From: an uncultured Gemmatimonadales bacterium
Lineage (GTDB): Bacteria; Gemmatimonadota; Gemmatimonadetes; Gemmatimonadales; GWC2-71-9
Assembly: GCA_963821525.1 (NCBI GenBank)
Contig: CAWGED010000004.1
Span: 192,001-256,000, forward strand
Reading direction: 5' to 3'
Length of the DNA stretch: 64,000 nucleotides
This document shows positions 57,167 to 64,000 of the stretch, piece after piece. The notes beneath the pieces were generated by a model, which was not told the DNA's origin, made no database searches, and saw nothing but the letters and a program-made list of their open reading frames with translations. The position numbers were made by a program, and so were the translations under genes. Every line of letters starts with the position of its first letter. Position 1 is the stretch's first letter.

Positions 57167-58006
57167 CTAGTTCACTTCCCGTTGTTTCCGCTTTGATACC
57201 TCATCCAGGAAGCGGCGCTCCTCCGGGGTCAGGCTCGCGATGCCCTTGGCGCTGATCTTGTCCAGCACCCGATCCATTTCGGCTGCAACCGGATCGGATC
57301 CCGGACGAGGGACTTGGCGAATCGGTGCGGCTCCTCTCGACTCAGCGTCTCGGGAAGGAGTCTGTACCATGACGACTCGCTCGACCTGCCTGGGCTGGGG
57401 AGCCGGGCGCCGCTGGCGGAGCGCCGACAGCCGGAAGTAGAGCCATCCGAACAGCAGGCCGCCCAGGTGGGCTTCGTGCGCGATGCCGTCCGACGTGACC
57501 CTCGCGAGCACGAGGTCAATCAGCGCCAGAACGATGATCAGGGTCCGAGCCTTGATGGGAATCGGAATCGGAAAGACCATCACATCGGCATCGGGCCAGT
57601 AGGCCGCGAACGCCAGCGCCACACCCATTACCGCACCCGAGGCGCCGATGAACGGGACCAGCGGGGTCAACTGACTGAGGCCGAGCGCGAACAGCGCCGC
57701 GCCCACGCCACAATAGAGATAGAAAAGGAAGAAGTGCCGAGACCCCATGCGGGCCTCGACCGCGGTGCCGAAGAGGTAGAGAACCAACATGTTCGCGGCC
57801 AGATGCAGCAGGCCGGCGTGGACGAACATGTAGGTGAACAGGGTCCACGGAGCCCGGAGTCCGCGAGCCGGATCCAGTCTGAGTGTGGCGACTACGGCGT
57901 CGGAAGTGAAAAGCGTGGCCAGCAGCAGTTGCACGACTACACACGCCGCGATGAGTCGAGCCACCACGGGGGTCGGTCTGGGCAGGGAAGGGTTGCTGAT
58001 GGCCAT
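57167..58006 (-). CDS. Rhomboid intramembrane serine protease with C-terminal soluble tail
   Basis: YMFVH..HLAANM, GASG, AHLGG; tail EMDRVLDKISAKGIASLTPEERRFL. Confidence 0.92.
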   Translation of the reverse strand: MAISNPSLPRPTPVVARLIAACVVVQLLLATLFTSDAVVATLRLDPARGLRAPWTLFTYMFVHAGLLHLAANMLVLYLFGTAVEARMGSRHFFLFYLYCGVGAALFALGLSQLTPLVPFIGASGAVMGVALAFAAYWPDADVMVFPIPIPIKARTLIIVLALIDLVLARVTSDGIAHEAHLGGLLFGWLYFRLSALRQRRPAPQPRQVERVVMVQTPSRDAESRGAAPIRQVPRPGSDPVAAEMDRVLDKISAKGIASLTPEERRFLDEVSKRKQREVN

Positions 58007-58011
58007 TGCTC

Positions 58012-59055
58012 TTAACTACTTAAACCCGATGAAGTTACCTTTTGTTCCGGCGGGAAGCCCGCTCGTGTTGCCCGACAGATCCTCTCACACAGGTCCGCAA
58101 ACTCAATGCCCGCTGCCTTCGCCGCTTTGGGGAAGAGGCTGGCCGAGGTGAGGCCCGGAAGGGTGTTGACCTCTAAACAGAACAATCCCCCGTTGGGTGT
58201 CAAGCGAAAATCGACTCGGGAGTAGCCTCCCAGCTTGAGAACGCGGTGTGAGATGACGCTCAGCCGGCCGGACTCCGCAGCGACCGATTCGGAAACGTCC
58301 GCGGGGAAGATTTCCTCGGACATTCCCTGAGTGTACTTGCACTCGTAGTCAAAGATCTCGTGCTTGGGAATGATTTCCCCTACCGGCAGTGCCTGGCCCT
58401 CGAGAATGCCGACAGTCAGCTCCCGCCCGGGAATGAATTGTTCGATCATCACCTCGTCATCGAACTCACTCGCGTACCAGACTGCTGCTTCCAAATCTTC
58501 GGGCCGTTTCACCACAGTCAATCCTACGGTAGACCCCTGTTTCGAAGGTTTTACAACGACCGGCCAGCCGAGTTCCTTGGTCACGTCTCCCGCGGAAACC
58601 GGAGCCATCAGCCAGGGGGCGGTTGGCACGCCCGCGTCGCGGAACAGCCGTTTGGAGACGTCCTTATCCATGGCCAGCGCACTGCCCAGCGAGCGGCTGC
58701 CGGTGTAAGGCACCCCAATGGTGTCGAGCAGGGCCTGAATCGTCCCGTCTTCCCCTCGCCCTCCGTGCAGCGCGAGGAACAGCACATCGGCCTCCTGGAC
58801 TTCCCGCAGAGCACCGAGTCCTGATAGAAGGAACGCTCGTTCCCGGGCGACCAGTTCCCGAGTCGATGGCGGGGTGGTGCCGACGCTCCCCTTGAGTACC
58901 CCGCGCTCTTCCTCCGGGGAGAGCACTCCGGTCACCGTGTCCACCACTGCAACCTGATGTCCCCGCTCGCGCAGCCCGCCCACGATCTGCACCGCGCTGG
59001 CGAAGGCGACGTCCCGCTCCTCGGACGAGCCGCCGGTGAGGACGGTGATTTTCAC
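58012..59055 (-). CDS. ddl: D-alanine--D-alanine ligase
   Basis: VKITVLTGGSSEERDV, LHGGRGEDG, AMDK, KPSKQGSTVG, FDYECKY, LEVNTLPG. Confidence 0.95.
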   Translation of the reverse strand: MKITVLTGGSSEERDVAFASAVQIVGGLRERGHQVAVVDTVTGVLSPEEERGVLKGSVGTTPPSTRELVARERAFLLSGLGALREVQEADVLFLALHGGRGEDGTIQALLDTIGVPYTGSRSLGSALAMDKDVSKRLFRDAGVPTAPWLMAPVSAGDVTKELGWPVVVKPSKQGSTVGLTVVKRPEDLEAAVWYASEFDDEVMIEQFIPGRELTVGILEGQALPVGEIIPKHEIFDYECKYTQGMSEEIFPADVSESVAAESGRLSVISHRVLKLGGYSRVDFRLTPNGGLFCLEVNTLPGLTSASLFPKAAKAAGIEFADLCERICRATRAGFPPEQKVTSSGLSS

Positions 59056-59490
59056 GAATGCAGCCGCGGATGAACGCGGATCAGGCGGAATCTGCTTTCT
59101 TGAGTTCGTGAAGGCCATTCTCTTGAACTCCGCTTTTGGTCCGAAGTTGAGCAGGAGGCCGACTTCAATGTCGGTCGCCCTAAGTGCATTCAGTAGTTGA
59201 GCGATGTGGGAGGCCTCAAGCGCTCGAGCAGCCTTTAGCTCCACAATAACCCGATCCTCTACCACAAGATCAGCTCGAAACCTTCCGACTCGCTGACGTT
59301 GAAACCAGACTTGCAACTCCGCTTGCCGACATACTCGGAGTCCCGACCTCTCGAGTGCAATCGTCAAGGCAGACTCGTAGACCGACTCAAGGAATCCATA
59401 ACCCAGCTCGTTGTAGACCAGATAGAAGGCCGAAAGGATTTCTCCAGTCAGTTTCTCGTGCGCCAAGCCGGTGCTGGATTGGCCAGTCAT
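59056..59490 (-). CDS. GxxExxY protein (PD-(D/E)XK nuclease-like), no stop before ddl
   Basis: GFLESVY, FRADLVVEDRVIVELKA, GLLLNFG; SD GAGG upstream. Confidence 0.9.
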
Positions 59491-59592
59491 CCATCAACCT
59501 CGGTGGTTTTGCCCCACGGTGCTGAAACAGTTCCCCGATGTCAAAACCACTCCACCGCGCTCCGAGGCAGAAATCCGCGTTCATCCGCGGCT
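59062..59592. mobile_element. Putative inverted-repeat-bounded GxxExxY insertion
   Basis: AGCCGCGGATGAACGCGGAT (59062-59081) and its exact reverse complement (59573-59592) enclose the gene. Confidence 0.6.
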
Positions 59593-59608
59593 CCTTCTGG
59601 GCTGTTTC

Positions 59609-60997
59609 CTACCGAGTCCCGATCAACTGCTGCAGAACATCGTAACGGCTCACGATCCCGATCAGTTTCCCGTCCTTCTGCACCAGGGCAGCAGGGCTCT
59701 CCCGAGTCAGTAGCGGAGCCAGACGGTCGGTGGAGAGCTGGGCATCCACCACTGGGAAGGGCGGGTCCATGGCCTCACGCACCGGTCGATCCAGCAGTGA
59801 CGGCTGGGCCAGCGCTTGCGTCATGAGCGAGCTCTCCACCAGGCCGCCGATGCATTTGCCATCCTCGACGACGGGGATCTGGCTCACTTCCCAGGTGCTC
59901 ATGAGGTTGAGCGCCTGGCGAACCGCGGCTGCTGGTGCAAGGCTCACTAGGGCCGGTGCATTGCCGTGCCGCCGAGCGAGCAGCTCCTCGACCGTGACTC
60001 GGGGGACCTCGAGCAGCTGGTTCTCCTGCATCCACTCGTCATTGAACACTTTGGAGAGATAGCGCTCCCCGGTGTCGCAGAGCAGGGTGACTACGACGGC
60101 CTCCGGATCATCCAATTCGCGAGCCACCTCGAGAGCGACAGCAACATTCAAACCGGATGATCCGCCAGTCAGGAGCCCCTCTTCCCGGGCGAGACGCCGC
60201 GCCATGGCCATCGAGGTCCGGTCCGATACCTGACGAAACTCGTCTACGACGTCGAACCAGAGGGTCGTAGGAATCTTGTCTCCCCCAATGCCCTCCACCT
60301 TGTATGGGTGTCCCTCGCCCATGGCGCGGGTTTTCGAATAGCCGGTATAGAGTGAACCCTGGGGATCCCCGGCGATCACCCGAATCTTCGGATTCTTCTC
60401 CTTGAGAAACTTCCCGGCCCCGCTCACCGTGCCGCCCGTCCCCGGCGCCGCAACGAGGTGGGTGATCCGTCCTTCGGTCTGGGCCCAGATTTCCGGGCCG
60501 GTGGTCCGGTAGTGCGCCTCGGGATTCACCTGATTGTAGAACTGGTTCGCCAGGATCGCCCCGGGAGTCTCGGCGACGATCTGCTTGGCCTTCATCACAT
60601 AGTTGTCCGGGTGATCGGGCGGGACGGCTGTCGGGGTGATGACCACCTCGGCGCCGTAGGCCTTCAGCAGCCGTACCTTTTCCTGCGACATCTTGTCCGG
60701 CATCGTGAAGATGCAGCGGTAGCCCTTGAGTGCAGCCGCGATCGCAAGCCCGACGCCAGTATTGCCCGACGTGCCCTCCACGATAGTCCCGCCGGGTTTC
60801 AGCTCTCCCTTCCGCTCCGCGTCCTCGATGATCGCGAGACCAATCCGATCCTTGACCGAGCCCCCAGGGTTGGCGTATTCCGCCTTTCCGTAGATCAGGG
60901 TGCGAATTCCACTCCCGATCCGCGCCAGCCGGATGAGCGGGGTCCATCCGATGGTCTCGAGCACCGAGTCGTAGGCGCGAAGATGTGGCGGGGTCAC
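59609..60997 (-). CDS. Cystathionine beta-synthase with C-terminal CBS domains
   Basis: NPGGSVKDR, EGTSGNTG, GTGGT, YKVEGIG, CDTGERYLSK, tandem CBS pair. Confidence 0.92.
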   Translation of the reverse strand: MTPPHLRAYDSVLETIGWTPLIRLARIGSGIRTLIYGKAEYANPGGSVKDRIGLAIIEDAERKGELKPGGTIVEGTSGNTGVGLAIAAALKGYRCIFTMPDKMSQEKVRLLKAYGAEVVITPTAVPPDHPDNYVMKAKQIVAETPGAILANQFYNQVNPEAHYRTTGPEIWAQTEGRITHLVAAPGTGGTVSGAGKFLKEKNPKIRVIAGDPQGSLYTGYSKTRAMGEGHPYKVEGIGGDKIPTTLWFDVVDEFRQVSDRTSMAMARRLAREEGLLTGGSSGLNVAVALEVARELDDPEAVVVTLLCDTGERYLSKVFNDEWMQENQLLEVPRVTVEELLARRHGNAPALVSLAPAAAVRQALNLMSTWEVSQIPVVEDGKCIGGLVESSLMTQALAQPSLLDRPVREAMDPPFPVVDAQLSTDRLAPLLTRESPAALVQKDGKLIGIVSRYDVLQQLIGTR

Positions 60998-61404
60998 GGC
61001 GTCAGCCCTCCGGATTCCGGATGGCGGAAATGTACCGGTTGCAGAAAGAGCGTGGCCACCGGGTCCCCATTCCTGAGGGCCGGTGCGAAGCGAAAAGTCG
61101 GCGCGGCACGAATGGCGGCCGAGTCCAGCAAGGGATAACCGCTCGACTCGGCGATCCTGGTGGATTCGGGGACCACGGTGCCCGCGGTATCCACGAACAT
61201 GCGAAGGATCACTTTCCCCTCGATTCTCTGCGCGAACAGCGCCGGAGGGTATTCCACTGGCGACTCGGGGCTTACCATCACCGGCGGCTCATCTCCGCTC
61301 ACCACCGGAGTCTGATCGGGAAGTTTCACGGTTCCGTTATCTGGTTTGGAACACGCCAGTGCCAGGCAGGCGGTGGCCACCCATTGAACAGGTCGGATCG
61401 TCAT
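60994..61404 (-). CDS. TonB C-terminal domain protein (possible lipoprotein)
   Basis: YPPALFAQRIEGKVILRMFVD, SSGYPLLDSAA, FAPA; LALAC. Confidence 0.8.
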   Translation of the reverse strand: MTIRPVQWVATACLALACSKPDNGTVKLPDQTPVVSGDEPPVMVSPESPVEYPPALFAQRIEGKVILRMFVDTAGTVVPESTRIAESSGYPLLDSAAIRAAPTFRFAPALRNGDPVATLFLQPVHFRHPESGGLTP

Positions 61405-61718
61405 GGCCGGAATCCAAAGGCGAGTAAGGCCGCGACTCCGGCGGCGGTGATGAGAAGCCACATGGCCATGCTCTTGGCCACTTTCAGCAGGAAGAACATC
61501 ATGGCCGCAGCGCCGAAAGCCAACGCGGCGTGAAGTGCGGCGGTCCTGGGGGCGTTGCCCTGGCTGAAGGAGGCGCCCCCGGCGATCGCCCCGAAGATCG
61601 CGGCCATCATGAGGATCCTTCCGATCTTGATCACGATCGCCACCAGAACGATGAGAGCGACGGCACTCAGGACCGTGGGCCCGGGTAACTGGGCGAGCAG
61701 CTCGCCGGGGCCAACCAT
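61401..61718 (-). CDS. Hypothetical integral membrane protein
   Basis: 105-aa hydrophobic ORF coupled to mutS and the TonB-domain gene. Confidence 0.65.
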   Translation of the reverse strand: MVGPGELLAQLPGPTVLSAVALIVLVAIVIKIGRILMMAAIFGAIAGGASFSQGNAPRTAALHAALAFGAAAMMFFLLKVAKSMAMWLLITAAGVAALLAFGFRP

Positions 61719-61720
61719 GC

Positions 61721-64000
61721 TTATCCCTCTCCGCTGCGGCGCTTGAGATCGGCCAGACGGTTGAGGGCCTCGAGCGGCGTGAGCCGGTCGAGATCGATAC
61801 CGCGCAGCTCTTCCATCACCGGATGCTCTCTCGCGGGTTCAGCGAAGAGCGGCAACTGGCCGGGATCCGAAGGCGGCGGCGGGGCTCCCGGCACCACCCG
61901 ATGCTTGCCTTCGAGAGTGCGGAGCAACTCCTTGGCTCGCTGGACGACTCCGCCAGGCAAGCCGGCGAGCTGGGCCACGTGAATTCCGTAGGAGCGGTCG
62001 GTCCCGCCCGGCTCCAGATGATAGAGAAAAATCACCCGGTCCCCCGATTCCTTCACCCCTACGTTGAGATTCCTCGCGTGGGCCAGTTCCTCGGGGAGTT
62101 GCATCAGCTCGTGGTAGTGAGTCGCGAACATCGTTCGGCAGCCGACCGTGTCGTGGAGGTATTCCGTCACCGCCCACGCTATGGCGACGCCATCATACGT
62201 CGAGGTTCCGCGACCGATCTCATCCAACAACACCAGGCTCCGTTCGGTCGCGCTATGGAGGATGGCGCTGGTCTCGCTCATTTCGACCATGAAGGTGGAC
62301 TGGCCGCGGGCCAGATTGTCGCTCGCGCCGACTCTGGTAAAGAGCCGGTCCGCGACCCCGATCTCCGCCGCCGCCGCGGGCACGAACGAGCCGAGCTGGG
62401 CCATTACCACCGAGAGCCCTATTTGGCGCAGGATGGTGGACTTACCGGCCATGTTGGGTCCTGTGACCAGCAGCACCCGTTCCGCCGGTTCGAACCGCAC
62501 ATCGTTGGGAATAAAGGATTCCCGCGGCATCAGCCGCTCGATCACCGGATGACGGCAGGCTCGGAGCGACAGATTCGGGCCGTCGTGCACGTCGGGACGG
62601 ACATAGCGGTTGCTGACGGCGACCTCCGCCAAGGCGGTCCACGCGTCGAGATGGGCCAGCACCTTCGCCGTCCGATGGACCCGCTGGGCGGCTGAGCCAA
62701 TCCGGTCCCGCAAGGCGGCGAACAGGTCCGCTTCTCGTGCCGCGATTTTTTCCTCGGCGCCCAGGACTTTGGCTTCGTAGTCCTTGAGCTCCGGCGTCAC
62801 GTACCGCTCGGCGCCAGTGAGGGTCTGCCGGCGCTCGTAGTCGCTGGGGACCCGAGCCGCATGGGCATTGGTGATCTCCAGGAAATACCCGAAGACCTTG
62901 TTGTATCCGACCTTGAGCGAGGAAATCCCGGTGCGCTCGCGCTCCCGTTGCTGCAGCGTCGCGATGTACTGCTTCCCCCCGTCCCGCAAATGGCGGAGCT
63001 CATCGAGACTCGGGTCGAATCCCGGGCGGATCACGTTGCCATCGCTCAGTGAGACGGGCGGTCTCTCCGAAAGTCCGGCCTGAAGCTCCTTCGCCAAGTC
63101 TCCCAGAAGATCGAACGAATCGATCAGAGTCCCCAGCTCCGCGCTGCGGTCTCTCTCGGCCAGGCCGGTAAGGGCTTCCAGCGCGTCGGGCAGTCGGAGG
63201 AATGAATCGCGCAGGGCGCCCATCTCCCGCGGCGTGGCACGGCCGGCAGCCGCTCGGGCGGAAAGCCGTTCCAGGTCGCGCACGCCGTCCAGCGCTTCAC
63301 GGACACGCGCTCTTCCCCGGTGGTCTTTCGCGGTGACTTCCACCGCATCCAGTCGCGCGTTGATGGCGATCGGATCCGCCAGCGGCGAGAGGACCCATTG
63401 GCGGAGGAGCCGGGCGCCCATCGGCGTCATCGTCAGGTCGAGCGCCTCGAGCAGCGTGACCCCCCGCGCACCGGCGCGGAGCGGTTCCACCAGCTCGAGA
63501 TTCCGCCGGGTCATCTCGTCGATCCAGAGGTAGCGCGCGGGGCGGCGGATCGAGGGCCGATCGAGGTGCAGTAGTCCGGCGGGCTGGAGCTCTCCGATGT
63601 AGCGCAACAATGCGCCGGCCGCGCCAAGTGCTGGTGCGTCGTCAGGGCCGACGCCCAGGCCGTCCAGCCCCTTCAGCTCGAAGCGCCGCGCCAGGTCCTC
63701 GCGTGCCAGCTCAGGATCGAATTCCCAGCGCTCCCTTTGCGTGCGCAGGATTCCGTCTCCCAGGGTGAGCTCCCAGTCGCCGGGGAGCACCACTTCGCTG
63801 GGGGCAATCCGGTCGAGGGTATCTCGGAGCGAATCGGAGGGGACAGTTTCCAGCAGGAATTCGCCGGTACTGAGATCGATCGCCGCGATGCCGACCGACC
63901 GGCCGTCGGATCCGGCCTGGCCGCTTACCGAGGCGAGATAGTTGTTGCGGCTTCCGGGTAGGGTGCTTTCATCGAGAATGGCTCCGGGCGTTATCGTCTC
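61721..64000 (-). CDS. mutS: DNA mismatch repair protein MutS (5' end outside window)
   Basis: TRRNLEL, RDLERL, VGYNKVFGY, TGPNMAGKST, STFMVEM, DEIGRGTST, SYGIHVAQLAG; clamp-binding-like QLPLF. Confidence 0.97.
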   Translation of the reverse strand, partial: ETITPGAILDESTLPGSRNNYLASVSGQAGSDGRSVGIAAIDLSTGEFLLETVPSDSLRDTLDRIAPSEVVLPGDWELTLGDGILRTQRERWEFDPELAREDLARRFELKGLDGLGVGPDDAPALGAAGALLRYIGELQPAGLLHLDRPSIRRPARYLWIDEMTRRNLELVEPLRAGARGVTLLEALDLTMTPMGARLLRQWVLSPLADPIAINARLDAVEVTAKDHRGRARVREALDGVRDLERLSARAAAGRATPREMGALRDSFLRLPDALEALTGLAERDRSAELGTLIDSFDLLGDLAKELQAGLSERPPVSLSDGNVIRPGFDPSLDELRHLRDGGKQYIATLQQRERERTGISSLKVGYNKVFGYFLEITNAHAARVPSDYERRQTLTGAERYVTPELKDYEAKVLGAEEKIAAREADLFAALRDRIGSAAQRVHRTAKVLAHLDAWTALAEVAVSNRYVRPDVHDGPNLSLRACRHPVIERLMPRESFIPNDVRFEPAERVLLVTGPNMAGKSTILRQIGLSVVMAQLGSFVPAAAAEIGVADRLFTRVGASDNLARGQSTFMVEMSETSAILHSATERSLVLLDEIGRGTSTYDGVAIAWAVTEYLHDTVGCRTMFATHYHELMQLPEELAHARNLNVGVKESGDRVIFLYHLEPGGTDRSYGIHVAQLAGLPGGVVQRAKELLRTLEGKHRVVPGAPPPPSDPGQLPLFAEPAREHPVMEELRGIDLDRLTPLEALNRLADLKRRSGEG

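Overview
GC-rich bacterial chromosomal segment spanning the replication origin: dnaA-oriC-dnaN, rpmH-rnpA-yidD-yidC-mnmE, and, about 41 kb away on the other side, mnmG-parA with two parS palindromes. Gene content (GWxTD protein, Hanks kinases and a BTAD/SARP protein with TM-TPR extensions) suggests Gemmatimonadota; this is an inference. Other content: a complete sufR-BCDSU operon extended by a bacilliredoxin and a His-rich unknown, polA, mutS, ddl, pyrE, RNase P RNA, a patatin/beta-barrel protein, MMPL, clostripain, rhomboid and several Fe-S proteins. Many genes, including dnaA, polA, mnmG and sufS, carry single-base frameshifts, best explained as long-read/assembly indels, so they are called as CDS. 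The most unusual signals are (i) three intergenic hairpins with unrelated sequences but the same architecture (four 7-nt units per arm), each filling the space from one gene's stop codon to the next gene's start, and (ii) a GxxExxY nuclease-fold gene enclosed by a perfect 20-bp inverted repeat, inserted between cbs and ddl and read in frame with ddl. Together these suggest a hairpin-bounded intergenic insertion system that does not disrupt operon translation. No tRNA, rRNA, CRISPR array or transposase was seen.
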